IMG/VR virus record: IMGVR_UViG_3300037067_003400
Location: 64,001 to 128,000 of that record
Source of the DNA: a virus
Taxonomy: Duplodnaviria > Caudoviricetes
Length of the DNA stretch: 64,000 nt
Strand: one strand, 5' to 3'
Part shown: positions 49,918-60,700 of the stretch, one piece after another
Layout: each line of letters begins with the position of its first letter
Numbering within the stretch: position 1 is the first letter of the stretch
Made by a program: the position numbers and the translations under genes
The notes under the pieces: generated by a model
The model's input: the letters and a program-made list of their open reading frames with translations, nothing else
What the model was told of the DNA's origin: nothing
Databases searched by the model: none

Positions 49918-50949
49918 ATGTCTCTTTACAATAAATACAGACCGACTACGTTATCTCAAGTAGTAGGGCAGGAACACATTAAAGCTGTGATAAAAGCTTC
50001 AAGTGTTAATGATGTATTTAATCATGCATATTTATTAATAGGGTCTCGTGGTATAGGTAAGACTTCTATTGCAAGAATAATAGCTAAGCTTGTTAATTGT
50101 TTGTCTCCTAAAGATGGGGAACCTTGTAATAAGTGTGAGAATTGTTTGTTGATTATGTCTGGTAAGACTCCAGATATAATAGAATTTGATGCGGCATCTA
50201 ACAGAGGAGTTAGTGATATAGATGCTATGTTAGATGCTATTAATTATGCACCCGTGTCTTTAAAGAAGACAGTATATATAATAGATGAGATACATCAGTT
50301 ATCTTCTACAGCTAAGGACTCTTTATTAAAGACATTAGAAGAACCTCCTGGTAGTGTTATGTTTATATTAGCTACTACCGAAGGGAAAAGAGTGCCTCCT
50401 ACCATAAGATCAAGGTGTCAATTTCTTGAGTTTCGGAAGGCATCTGTCCCAGAATTAATTAAATTGTTATCAGCTATATGTAAGTTAGAGAAGATAGCTT
50501 GTACAGAAGCAGGGTTATCTACTATTGCTACATATGCTAATGGTTCTTATAGGGATGCGCTTACTATATTAGAAACAGTCTCTGTAGTCGGAGATGTAGA
50601 TGAAGATACTGTATGCAAAGTAACTGGAGTTCCAGAAGAAAGACTCGTTAAGAGTGCTGTGTTAGCTATGTCTAAGAAGGATGTGTCTGATCTTATAAAA
50701 GTAAGTGCTGAAGTTAAGTCTTCTGCTGTAGTAGTAGATAAATTTATAGAAGCATTAGTGCTATATCTATTTGTTATAATAGGTAAGCTAAGTGCTGGGA
50801 ATTCTTCCGACCCGAGATTGGATAAGTTATTGTCTACTGCTTTATATGTAGCAAATGTTAGGAAGGATTTAGATTATAATATAGACTCTCTTGCATTAGA
50901 CATAGTTTTGTTTGGTGCTCATAAGATTATGCAAAGTAGTGGTGAATAG
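49918..50949 (+). CDS. dnaX: DNA polymerase III gamma/tau-like clamp-loader ATPase
   Basis: KYRPTTLSQVVGQEHI, GSRGIGKTS, Zn module, DAASNRGV, IIDEIH, LLKTLEEPP, TIRSRC, GSYRDAL. Confidence 0.95.
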   Translation: MSLYNKYRPTTLSQVVGQEHIKAVIKASSVNDVFNHAYLLIGSRGIGKTSIARIIAKLVNCLSPKDGEPCNKCENCLLIMSGKTPDIIEFDAASNRGVSDIDAMLDAINYAPVSLKKTVYIIDEIHQLSSTAKDSLLKTLEEPPGSVMFILATTEGKRVPPTIRSRCQFLEFRKASVPELIKLLSAICKLEKIACTEAGLSTIATYANGSYRDALTILETVSVVGDVDEDTVCKVTGVPEERLVKSAVLAMSKKDVSDLIKVSAEVKSSAVVVDKFIEALVLYLFVIIGKLSAGNSSDPRLDKLLSTALYVANVRKDLDYNIDSLALDIVLFGAHKIMQSSGE

Positions 50950-50950
50950 T

Positions 50951-52063
50951 ATGTTAGCTGAATTTGAGACAACAGTATTTCTTGATGACTTATTAGTGTT
51001 GTCCAGAGTTATAGAAAGTAAATCTGCCCAGCCTATTCTTGGCACTATAGTTTTTAGATTCTTAACTAATGGAAAACTTATTATGACTTCTACTGATGCT
51101 TCTACATATGTTACTCGTGTAATAGATATAGAACCATTGGAAGAAGAATGTGTATTTGCTATAGATGCTACTATACTTAAGCAATCTGTAGCTTCTCTGA
51201 AAAAGGATAAGTTTTGTATAGACTATGTGCCAGGAAAAGGTGAGGCTATTATAAGTGCTGGAGCTTCTAAGATATGGTTACCTATTATAACTGATATGAA
51301 TGTTATGCCAGCTATTAGAAAATGTAAGACAGAGGGAAATGAAGAAGTATCTTTATTGTTTGATGAATTTAAAACTTCTGCTAAGACAGTAGCTATAGCA
51401 TCTGATCCTGCAAGTATTATACCATGTATGACTGGTATAGTGGTAACTGTTCATGATGACACCACAGAATTAATAGGGTTGTCAAATTTTATGCTGGCTA
51501 AAGATACTTTAGAGCCAGTAAGTTATTCTAATGATATAGAGTTTCTTATTAGTCCTAAAGTATTAAAGATATTATATGCTATCAAGAAAGATTGTAAGTA
51601 TATAAACATAAGTATTGGTAAAAGAGACATGCTTATTACTGTGGATCCATATGTTATAGTATCCCGTCGTATGTTAAGTGATATATTAGACTGGTCTCGT
51701 TTCCTAAAAGGTTTATATACTACTAAAGTTAAGGTAGCAAAGAAGATATTGTTAGAGGCTATTAATAGGTCACGAGTTATTGGCTCTTATGCTGATAACT
51801 TTGTTAGATTAGAAATAAAGAAGGATGGTATTATTATTTCTACGGAAGGAAAGGCTGGAAGTTCTGAGGATAAGTTACCTATAGAACTTGAGGGCCCTGA
51901 AGTAGTAGTAGCATTTAATTCTTCTTTAGTATCTAAAGGATTATCTGTATTGAATACAGAGTTTGTATATTTAAACGTAGCTACAAGCAACTCTCCAGTG
52001 ATGGTAGAGTGTGATGATATAAGTAAAGTTCAAGTATGGGGAACCATAACTTTACAAGAATAA
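50951..52063 (+). CDS. dnaN: beta sliding clamp
   Basis: 370 aa; SAQPILG, STDA, AFNSSLV...L..L pattern; follows dnaX. Confidence 0.82.
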   Translation: MLAEFETTVFLDDLLVLSRVIESKSAQPILGTIVFRFLTNGKLIMTSTDASTYVTRVIDIEPLEEECVFAIDATILKQSVASLKKDKFCIDYVPGKGEAIISAGASKIWLPIITDMNVMPAIRKCKTEGNEEVSLLFDEFKTSAKTVAIASDPASIIPCMTGIVVTVHDDTTELIGLSNFMLAKDTLEPVSYSNDIEFLISPKVLKILYAIKKDCKYINISIGKRDMLITVDPYVIVSRRMLSDILDWSRFLKGLYTTKVKVAKKILLEAINRSRVIGSYADNFVRLEIKKDGIIISTEGKAGSSEDKLPIELEGPEVVVAFNSSLVSKGLSVLNTEFVYLNVATSNSPVMVECDDISKVQVWGTITLQE

Positions 52064-52076
52064 TTTGGAGGAATAT

Positions 52077-52724
52077 ATGTTAGATTTAAGTAAACTTTAT
52101 GATTTGCCTATGACGAGTAGATCTATAGAAATGGCTGCTGGATTAGATGCTGCACTTGGTGCAGAGCATTGGTCTACTGAATGCTGGGTAGCTGAAAAGA
52201 GTGTTATAAATGCCAGTATAAGTATCGTTGATGGTGGTTCTACTTGGCTACGTAGAGACTGGGTAGCCGATACTTTCGAGAAAGCATTTGTTAATGCGGC
52301 TCTTATGTTAGGATACGCTAGAAATAGCTTAAATGGTATAAAGAAAGTAGTAGTAGGTGCTACTAATAATAGTATTGGGGAAACAGCTGTTGATGCTGGG
52401 TGTCAGTTTGTTATGGAGTTTGATGATGTTGTAAAGGATGAAGATACATTGCTTCCAGAAGATATAGCAAGTGATGATGATTTTAGTAAAGATGCTGTTG
52501 ATGACTTAGATCCAGTAGCTATGCTTCACTCTCAGCTGGACGAAAAAGATATCCCAGTAGAAGCTGGAATAGAAGCTAAACCTGCTACTGTTGCTACTAT
52601 AGAGCAGGATCCTGAACATCCTATGTGTGTGAGTTGTAATAAGAAAATAACTATTACAAGATTTACTAAACTAACTGAAGCTAACTTGCCTATTACATGT
52701 TTAGCTTGTGAGGATAAAGTGTAA
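52077..52724 (+). CDS. possible divergent Rad52/Sak-like annealing protein with acidic linker and Zn finger
   Basis: LDAALGAEHWS and FEKAFVNAALMLGYAR resemble Rad52-family motifs. Confidence 0.4.
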   Translation: MLDLSKLYDLPMTSRSIEMAAGLDAALGAEHWSTECWVAEKSVINASISIVDGGSTWLRRDWVADTFEKAFVNAALMLGYARNSLNGIKKVVVGATNNSIGETAVDAGCQFVMEFDDVVKDEDTLLPEDIASDDDFSKDAVDDLDPVAMLHSQLDEKDIPVEAGIEAKPATVATIEQDPEHPMCVSCNKKITITRFTKLTEANLPITCLACEDKV

Positions 52725-52918
52725 TGCCAACATATGAATACGTCTGTGACAATGAAGGATGTGATGTTTACCAATTTAGTAAGAGTGTAAAAGTAAAGGA
52801 TTCCAATAATGTAAGTTGTATTAAGTGTGGATGTCCTGCTACTAAGGTTCTTACTAAACATTTTGGTATAGCATTCAAGGGTCCTGGTTTTCATAGTACA
52901 GACTATAGGAGTAAGTAA
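52724..52918 (+). CDS. FmdB-family zinc ribbon protein
   Basis: MPTYEYVC...C...CIKCG...FKGPGFHSTDY. Confidence 0.88.
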   Translation: MPTYEYVCDNEGCDVYQFSKSVKVKDSNNVSCIKCGCPATKVLTKHFGIAFKGPGFHSTDYRSK

Positions 52919-53571
52919 TGAGTATACTAATAAGTGTATGTGTAGTAACTACAGATGAACGTGTAAAGAATCTTGATAGGCTAAAGAAAAGCCTTGATGA
53001 TGTATTGTGGTGGCCTGATACACACGAAGTTATAGTTAAGAGCAATGATAGTATAGCCCTTGGTTATAATGAGGCTGCTTCTGAAGCTGATGGACAATAT
53101 TTGTTCTTTGTGCATGATGATGTAGAACTTAGAGGGCATAGACCTCTATTGTTTTCTATGTTAGAACTACTTAAGAAAGAAAAGACTGGGTTAGTAGGTA
53201 TGGCTGGTACCCGTGTGTTCCCTAAGAATGGCGTATGGTGGGAAGATAAGTCTTCCCTATCAGGTGCTGTATATCATACTGCTAATGGTAATACCTGGGA
53301 TACTTCTTTCGGTGTATTTGGTAGGGTAGTCGTATTAGATGGAGTGTTCCTATCTATAGAAAGAAAGAAGTTTGAAGAGATAGGTGGGTTCCCTATTACA
53401 ATGACTGGCTTTGATTTCTATGACCTTGCTATTTGTATGGAAGCAAGGAAAAAAGGTTATGATAATTATACTTTCCCGTTTCCTATATTGCACCACTCTT
53501 TAGGTGATGTTACTAATAGGGAAGGCTGGCATGAAAACAGAACTAAATTCTTGGAGTTATACAATGGCTAA
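52918..53571 (+). CDS. glycosyltransferase, GT-A fold (GT2-like)
   Basis: SIALGYN, LFFVHDDVE, LDGVFL, FDFYDLAIC. Confidence 0.85.
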   Translation: MSILISVCVVTTDERVKNLDRLKKSLDDVLWWPDTHEVIVKSNDSIALGYNEAASEADGQYLFFVHDDVELRGHRPLLFSMLELLKKEKTGLVGMAGTRVFPKNGVWWEDKSSLSGAVYHTANGNTWDTSFGVFGRVVVLDGVFLSIERKKFEEIGGFPITMTGFDFYDLAICMEARKKGYDNYTFPFPILHHSLGDVTNREGWHENRTKFLELYNG

Positions 53572-54087
53572 AGATGCTGAGTATCTCATTTGGAGAGAGG
53601 GCACAAGAGATATTTTATGGACATCTAATCACGCCCTCCTTGTTTTTGCAATACAACATATAGGTAACAAGGAATTTAAGAAGGATTCTTTGGTTACCTA
53701 TACATCTCCGGGTGGTAAGGCTATAGAGTGGCAGATACCACTTAAGATAACTAACCGACCTAAGTTAGATGAAGCTATAAAAATCTTCTATGAAAAGAAA
53801 GGTAAGAAGTCAAGTGGAAAAGCTGATTGAATGTTTACAAGCTAAGTTAAAGTTAGCTGATGATGTGATACATTTATATGCTCCAAGAAATGTTAAGATG
53901 AAACTATACAAAGCTTGGAAAGAACTTGATGAGAAATTAGAAGAGGTGCCTATTAGTACTGTTCCCTATCCTGTTAGGACAGGAGCAAGTTTTACTGGTG
54001 GCGTTAATGAACTTAAGAAAACAATGGAAACATTTGCAAGAGTTGAAAAAGATAGAAATAGATTTGGGAGTCTAAAGAAAAAGCACA

Positions 54088-54675
54088 ATGGATGAGTGGG
54101 TCAAACAAGAAAAGAAGTTGAAGAAAATACACAGGGGTTTTAGAACTCCTGGCTCTGGTAACAAAGGTATTAAGGCTGATGTTATAGGAGATGTGTTTGT
54201 AATAGAAGCTAAGTTCTCTGGAGTAACAGACTCTAAAGGTAGAAAATATATGGATGTGTCAAGAGACTGGCTACTCAAACTTTCTAATGAACTTAGAGGA
54301 ACTAAGATTCCTTTGCTTAACTTAAACATAGGGAATCTAACTACTCTTTCTATAATTCCTGCTGATCAGTATGATACACGTGTAATGGGAACCATAGATT
54401 TTAATGATAAGAAACAAGTTAGAATCTATGCTGAAGATACTGTTGAGCATTATACTGTTCTTATACCACATAAGAAGTTTCCAGAGTGGATTATACTATC
54501 GGACGATGATATAGAAGAGATACTTGATGAAGTTCGTGGTCCAGAAATAGAGATTAAAGTTCCTAAGATTTCTAAAGAAGAAAAGATACGACAGAAAGCT
54601 GATGTCAAAGCTTTCAGGAAAGCAGAGTATAGAAGATACAAACGATTTAAGAAGGGATTACCTATAGATGACTGA
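54088..54675 (+). CDS. Holliday junction resolvase-like PD-(D/E)XK nuclease
   Basis: E...RTPGSG...ADV....IEAK. Confidence 0.75.
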   Translation: MDEWVKQEKKLKKIHRGFRTPGSGNKGIKADVIGDVFVIEAKFSGVTDSKGRKYMDVSRDWLLKLSNELRGTKIPLLNLNIGNLTTLSIIPADQYDTRVMGTIDFNDKKQVRIYAEDTVEHYTVLIPHKKFPEWIILSDDDIEEILDEVRGPEIEIKVPKISKEEKIRQKADVKAFRKAEYRRYKRFKKGLPIDD

Positions 54676-55690
54676 CTTTATGAATCTATTTGAGAAACAT
54701 TTAGGACATGGCATGAAATGTGGCGACAATGTTATATTTAGATGTTTTAGATGTGACAATAGTGGCACTGGACATTTATATGTTAATGCAAATGATGGCA
54801 GATATTATTGTTTTAAATGTGGAAATGACTCAGATGGTCAGGGTAAGGGTAATCCCCGTTCGTTTGCTATATTAATGGGAGAAGATCCAACTCAATATGA
54901 GAATGCTAATGCGTATAGGAATGTTCCTAATAGACATGACTTTGCTGATTATGATTTGATTAGTAGTATCTATACATATGTGTTTAGTAAGCTTAATCTT
55001 TCTGATGAGCATAGAGATTATCTTATAAGTAGAAGTATTGATTTAAGATTTGGGTTTAAGAGTTCTGATAAAGCATTTGATGTGCTAAGAGATAGGTATG
55101 ATGACTCTACTATAGTTAGTTCTGGATTAGCTAAGTATTCTCCTGCTGGGTATGTTATTCCGGCGGTTGCAATAGAAGCTAATAGAATCTTAATACCCTA
55201 CACTCAAGAAGATAGAGTGGTGTATTTTAGGAGTAGGGCATGTGGTGACTCTACTCTTAAGTATGCCAGCCCTATTGGTGTAAGTGCTAATAGATTTGTG
55301 TGGTATGATACTATATCTAATAAGCTTCTTGTTATCACGGAGGGAGAGCTTAAGGGTATGGCATCTCTCTCTGCTGGTGTTAGTACTATAGCTACTCCTG
55401 GTATGAGGTCTTCTCATGAAACAGTAGCTAAGCTATGTGTTAAGAACTCAGTAGAAAATATCATACTGTGTTTTGATAACCAAATTGAAAACTTTAGAGA
55501 TGTTTGTTCTGCAAAAACTAAGTTAGTAAGTTATATATCTAAATTGTATACTCCAAGAATATATGATTGTGTGCTTCCTTTTCTTCCTATGGTAGAAGAG
55601 GGTAAGAAAATAGATATAGACTCTTTTATAAATGTTTTAGGTAAAGATAAATATATAAAAACTTTATCTAAGGCAAGGAGGATTCTTTAA
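54668..55690 (+). CDS. DNA primase (Zn finger + TOPRIM)
   Basis: CFRC...HLY...CFKC; ITEGELK; LCFDN; DIDSF. Confidence 0.85.
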   Translation: MTDFMNLFEKHLGHGMKCGDNVIFRCFRCDNSGTGHLYVNANDGRYYCFKCGNDSDGQGKGNPRSFAILMGEDPTQYENANAYRNVPNRHDFADYDLISSIYTYVFSKLNLSDEHRDYLISRSIDLRFGFKSSDKAFDVLRDRYDDSTIVSSGLAKYSPAGYVIPAVAIEANRILIPYTQEDRVVYFRSRACGDSTLKYASPIGVSANRFVWYDTISNKLLVITEGELKGMASLSAGVSTIATPGMRSSHETVAKLCVKNSVENIILCFDNQIENFRDVCSAKTKLVSYISKLYTPRIYDCVLPFLPMVEEGKKIDIDSFINVLGKDKYIKTLSKARRIL

Positions 55691-57513
55691 TGGGTGCTGA
55701 TGGTTCTGTAGTTTTGGATCCTGCACAGTTGAAAGTAGTAGAAGATACAGAAGGTCCTTGTATTATATATGCTGGGCCTGGTAGTGGTAAGAGTAGAAGT
55801 TTAGTTCATAGAGTAGCACACCTTGCGAAAAAGGGTGTAGCTACTCATAATATTTTAGTAGTAACTTTTACTAATAAAGCGGTAGATGTATTAGTAGAGC
55901 GGTTAGATAAGTTAATTGGTAGTGATCATAAGGTTCATGTATCTACTTTTCATTCTTTATCAGCAGTAATACTTAGAAGGTATTGGAATAATACTTTTTC
56001 TATTTACGATGATGACGATAAGAAAAAACTTATTACATCTATAATAAAAGATAAGCAATATGATAAAGATATAACATCAATTGTTATGGATAACTTAGGA
56101 GAAGCCGCTAAACGAAGTACAAGCTTTGGTAATATAGATAAGACTGGAGATTCTATTGTTGATAATGTTATTAGTATATACTATTCTGAATTAATAAAGG
56201 CTAATGCTTTAGACTTTGATTCTATAGTTACTAAATGCGTTGATATATTAAAAGAAAATGATAGTGTACGTAGTTTAGTTCAGAAGACTTACAAGTATAT
56301 CTTGGTAGATGAAGCTCATGATATGAATACTGCTCAAGGTGAGCTTGTTAAGCTTATGGTTGGTGAAGCTCAGAATGTTTGTCTTGTAGCTGATGTAGAT
56401 CAGTCTATCTATGGGTTCAGGGGTGCTGATTTCGAAGTAGTTTGGGAACTTGCAGATTATTTTAAAGATACTAAGGTCTATAAATTAGAAAGAAATTATA
56501 GGTCTACACGTGTAATAGTAAATTCTGCAAGAAAAGTTATAACTAACAATGAGAATAGAGTACCTATGAACTTTGAATCTATGAGAGATTCTGGTACTAC
56601 TATTAGGGTTGTAGATTTAATGTCTTCTGAATCAGAAGCTACCTGGGTAGCAGATGATATACAATCTAAAATAGAGGCGGGGAAATATTCCCCAGAAGAC
56701 ATAGCTATATTGTATAGAGTAACAGCTATGTCTGCTTCATTTGAGTCTAAGTTAATGTATAGGGGGATTGCTTATAAGGTAATAGGTAGTCGTACTTTTT
56801 TTGCGAAGGCAGAGATAAAAGATATTCTTGCTTATCTTAGGGTTATTCATAATAAGCGTGATAATGTAGCAGTGCTAAGAATTATAAACTTACCTAAGCG
56901 TGGGATAGGTGCTGCTATGGTAAAGGATATAGTTAATAAGAGTAATATACTTGATATGTGCTATATAGATACTATAAGAGCTATGTGTAAGCAAAAGAGT
57001 AATCCCAAGTTAGAAAGTTTCCTATCTTTTATTGATAGTATATCTAAAAGTGGAAAGCTTACTACTATGGTTCAGGATATATCAAGAGTAGTAGCAGATT
57101 TTTATAGTACTGATACTAACTTAGATGAGCGTATAAATAATATAGAGCAACTGTATGGGTTAGTCTCTATGTATGATGGAGTAGATGCTCTTTCTAATTT
57201 CATAGAAGACATGAGCCTTTCCATTTATGACGAAGAGGGAGCTGAAGACTTAGGTGTATACCTTATGACTATGCATCAGTGTAAAGGTTTGGAGTTTCCT
57301 TTAGTATATGTAGTAGGAGCAGAGCAAAATGTTATTCCTTATTATAAAGCTTCTACTAAGGAACAGGTAGAAGAAGAACGTAGATTGTTCTATGTATCTA
57401 TGACAAGAGCTATGGATGAATTAGTTATAACTCATGCCAGAGCCAGAGCTTTATATGGAAAAGTATCTTATAATAGAACGTCTATGTTTGTGGAGGAGCT
57501 TAGACGTGGGTAG
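55690..57513 (+). CDS. uvrD: UvrD/PcrA superfamily 1 helicase
   Basis: AGPGSGKS, TFTNKA, STFHS, LVDEAHD, DQSIYGFRGA, NYRST, MTMHQCKGLEF, EERRLFYVSMTRA. Confidence 0.95.
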   Translation: MGADGSVVLDPAQLKVVEDTEGPCIIYAGPGSGKSRSLVHRVAHLAKKGVATHNILVVTFTNKAVDVLVERLDKLIGSDHKVHVSTFHSLSAVILRRYWNNTFSIYDDDDKKKLITSIIKDKQYDKDITSIVMDNLGEAAKRSTSFGNIDKTGDSIVDNVISIYYSELIKANALDFDSIVTKCVDILKENDSVRSLVQKTYKYILVDEAHDMNTAQGELVKLMVGEAQNVCLVADVDQSIYGFRGADFEVVWELADYFKDTKVYKLERNYRSTRVIVNSARKVITNNENRVPMNFESMRDSGTTIRVVDLMSSESEATWVADDIQSKIEAGKYSPEDIAILYRVTAMSASFESKLMYRGIAYKVIGSRTFFAKAEIKDILAYLRVIHNKRDNVAVLRIINLPKRGIGAAMVKDIVNKSNILDMCYIDTIRAMCKQKSNPKLESFLSFIDSISKSGKLTTMVQDISRVVADFYSTDTNLDERINNIEQLYGLVSMYDGVDALSNFIEDMSLSIYDEEGAEDLGVYLMTMHQCKGLEFPLVYVVGAEQNVIPYYKASTKEQVEEERRLFYVSMTRAMDELVITHARARALYGKVSYNRTSMFVEELRRG

Positions 57514-57835
57514 TGAAGATGGAGGTAGGCTGTAATGAAGAAGGGTGCATGGAAAGTAAGAGTAGTTCCTGTTGATGAACTTACATCCTTAGTCAATGTT
57601 GATGTAGCTTTAAAAGAAATAGATATTAATGCTGGTATAAATGAAGATAAAATAAAAGAAGAGTCTTTTAAGTTGTTAAAGTATATAACAACCAGAGATG
57701 AGTTCGCAAGTTTGATAGAAAGATGTTTTGGTCTTAATATTATTGTAGATTATGAGAATATGTTTTATGTGTGTTATTATATAGATTCTGGTGATGTTGT
57801 TGTCAAGTATAATTCGAAAGCGATGGTAAAAATTA

Positions 57836-59602
57836 ATGGAAATAAAACTAATAAATAGCAACGTAGAGGGTATAACTAAACATTTGAATTCTGATTGCTT
57901 AGCTATTGACTTTGAAGCTTCTGGGTTAGATCCATACACTACAGTGCCCTGGTTATTTTCTGTTAAGCCATCTAATCATAATGTTACATATGTAATAGAC
58001 GTACAGAAATGCAGTTTAGAACCTATTAGAAATGTATTAGAGTCTTCATTATTGATAGGTGCTAATATATCTTATGACTTAAAGCTTCTTAGGCATATGG
58101 GCTTTAGACCAAGAAGAGTTTATTGTGTTGTTGTAGCTGAACGTGTGTTATCTGCTGGTATAAGAGTAGGAGAAAATGATTTAGCTTCTATTATAAAGAG
58201 AAGGATTGGTGTATCGTTAGATAAAGAAGTACGAAGTTCTTTTATTATGTTATATGAAGATGCTAAGAAAGTGGATAAGAATATAAAATGGGCTGAAGCA
58301 CAGGTTATGTATGCTGCTAAAGATGTAGAGTATTTGCATCCTGTATATATAAGCCAGTTAGAAGAAGCACATAGAGCTGATGTTGAGTATGTTATAAAGT
58401 GTGAGTCTAATCTTGTTCCAGTAGTAGCTGATATGGAGTATGTAGGTATAGGTTTTGATAAAGAGAAGTGGCTTAAGCTTGATGAGGAGCATAGACTACA
58501 AAAATCTATACTTTATGGTGAAATTTGTGACGAATTAGTTATACCTAAAACAAGGATGACTTTGTTCCCAGAGACAACGGGAAGTATCTATGATTTAAAT
58601 ATAGATAGCCCTATCTTAGTTAAGAAGCTATTGAGCAGTTATGGTATAGATGTTCCAGATACTAAAGAAGAAACTCTTAAAGATATTGATGTTCCTATAT
58701 GTAAGAAACTTATTGAGTATAGAAAATTAGAGAAGAGTATAACATCTTATGGTAGGAATTGGCTGTCTTATATTAACCCAGTAACTGGTAGAATACACAG
58801 TTCCTTCAACCAAGTTCGCTGTGATACTGGAAGATTTGGGAGTAGTGAGCCTAACTTACAAAATATCCCAGCTACTATAGAGTATAGGTCTTGTTTCATA
58901 GCACCTAAGGGTAGAAAGCTAATCACTGCAGACTATGCTGGTATAGAACTTAGAATAATAGCAGAGTTTAGTAGTGATGAGACTATGATAAAAGCATTCA
59001 ATGGTACTAATGATGTTCACTCTGAAACAGCTGCTCTTATATTTGGGCTTCCAGTAGAGGAGTGTGGTAAGGGTACTAAGTATAGAGATATTGGTAAGAC
59101 TTTAAACTATTCTTTGCTATACGGACAGGGAGATGATAAGTTAGCTATTAAGTTAGGTGTGTCATTAGAAGAAGCTGCTAAGATTAGAGCTGCTTATAGT
59201 GAGAGGTTTGCTAATATAATGTCTTGGTTAGAAAAAGCTGGTGAAGAAGCAGTTAAAGAAGGTTATTGTGCTACTCCTTTAGGTAGAAAGCGATGGTTTA
59301 CAAAGAACACTTCTCTATATGAGATGAAAGCCTCTGGTAGGAACACACCTATTCAGGGAACTTCTGCCGACATGATTAAGATAGCTCAAATTATTTTAAA
59401 TAAAAAGTTGCTGATTGCAGATACTGATGCCTTCATGGTTGATGTTATACATGATGAGCTATTAGTAGAAGCTGATGAAAATATAGTAGATGATGTGTCG
59501 AAGGTTATAGAAGAAAGTATGGTAGAAGCTGGTAGTATTTTCTTGAAGAGGGTACCTATTAAAGTATCCCTTAGTGTTGGTGATTGCTGGAGTAAGGATT
59601 AA
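57836..59602 (+). CDS. polA: family A DNA polymerase with 3'-5' exonuclease domain, no 5'-3' exonuclease
   Basis: IDFEASG, YAAKDV, TGRFGSSEPNLQNIP, ADYAGIELRI, KTLNYSLLYG, NTPIQGTSAD, IHDEL. Confidence 0.95.
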   Translation: MEIKLINSNVEGITKHLNSDCLAIDFEASGLDPYTTVPWLFSVKPSNHNVTYVIDVQKCSLEPIRNVLESSLLIGANISYDLKLLRHMGFRPRRVYCVVVAERVLSAGIRVGENDLASIIKRRIGVSLDKEVRSSFIMLYEDAKKVDKNIKWAEAQVMYAAKDVEYLHPVYISQLEEAHRADVEYVIKCESNLVPVVADMEYVGIGFDKEKWLKLDEEHRLQKSILYGEICDELVIPKTRMTLFPETTGSIYDLNIDSPILVKKLLSSYGIDVPDTKEETLKDIDVPICKKLIEYRKLEKSITSYGRNWLSYINPVTGRIHSSFNQVRCDTGRFGSSEPNLQNIPATIEYRSCFIAPKGRKLITADYAGIELRIIAEFSSDETMIKAFNGTNDVHSETAALIFGLPVEECGKGTKYRDIGKTLNYSLLYGQGDDKLAIKLGVSLEEAAKIRAAYSERFANIMSWLEKAGEEAVKEGYCATPLGRKRWFTKNTSLYEMKASGRNTPIQGTSADMIKIAQIILNKKLLIADTDAFMVDVIHDELLVEADENIVDDVSKVIEESMVEAGSIFLKRVPIKVSLSVGDCWSKD

Positions 59603-59945
59603 TGGAACATGAAATAGTTATGGATGGTAAGTATGAGAAGCATACTTATTCTAGTGAGTGTAGAGTTGAGTGTTGTTGTAATACCTGTGAGTTTGATAGT
59701 AGCAATGGTGCCGAAAAACCTTGTAGTGTGTGTCAGGATATGGAAGAAGATGGAACTGTTAAGTGGTGCTATCATAAAGATAAGGGAGTTATATAATGGG
59801 ACTTAATATTTTTATGACTATTATTTCTGTCATAGCTATATACATATTTGTAAGAACTGATATGGCATGGTGGAAAGTTGTGGATGCACTCAATGAAATG
59901 GATGAAGAAATGAAATTAAATAAAAAGATAGGTAAGGAGTAAATT

Positions 59946-60647
59946 ATGGAATTAGAAAAATTGTCTGAAGGTATGTCTGAAGAAAGTAAGAAACAAACAA
60001 GAGAACTTATAGAGTCATTTGGTGATGAGTTCTTGATAGAAGTTTCTAAGATAAAGAACTTAGTAGTTAAATTATTTACTGAAGCTAAGCTAGATATAAA
60101 AGTAGCTTCAGTTGAAACATCTATATCTTTAGCATTTGCTATGGTTTTTGGTGGTATGCCCATAATAGCATCAGAAGATTTACCAAAAGAAAAAGCTATA
60201 GAGATGAATGAGATTGCACGGGCTAAAGAGTTTGAGAACTTTAGGAATAAGTTACTCAATGCTTATGATATAGATGGAACATTAGATGAGTTACCATCTA
60301 AGGAAACAGCTCTTGTTATGATACATGAGCTAAATGCTAAAATGGTAGCCTTGTCTATAGGAGCTATACTTGATATGAGAAAGAAGTACGCTGCTGGGGA
60401 GCTCGAAGTTAAGTTGTATAATAGTGCAGAGCTAATGGTTATAGGTGAAGCTCTACAGAATATTCTTTATGTTCCTAATATAAATCATCTTGCTGTTAAT
60501 AATATTAATATGGAGGTAATTGATGATGATGGTATTAATGGTATGGTAATCACTGTTACAATGGAAGATGATTCTACGTTAGAAGGTTTTGGAGATAATT
60601 TGTTAGATGCTATTAATGATCTAATGAATCAAACAAGTGCTGAATAA
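59946..60647 (+). CDS. hypothetical acidic protein
   Basis: 233 aa ORF with AAGGAG RBS. Confidence 0.55.
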   Translation: MELEKLSEGMSEESKKQTRELIESFGDEFLIEVSKIKNLVVKLFTEAKLDIKVASVETSISLAFAMVFGGMPIIASEDLPKEKAIEMNEIARAKEFENFRNKLLNAYDIDGTLDELPSKETALVMIHELNAKMVALSIGAILDMRKKYAAGELEVKLYNSAELMVIGEALQNILYVPNINHLAVNNINMEVIDDDGINGMVITVTMEDDSTLEGFGDNLLDAINDLMNQTSAE

Positions 60648-60700
60648 TGATAGTAAAAAAAAATGGGACACCGAAGTGCCCCTAAGGTTGGAGGAAGTTT

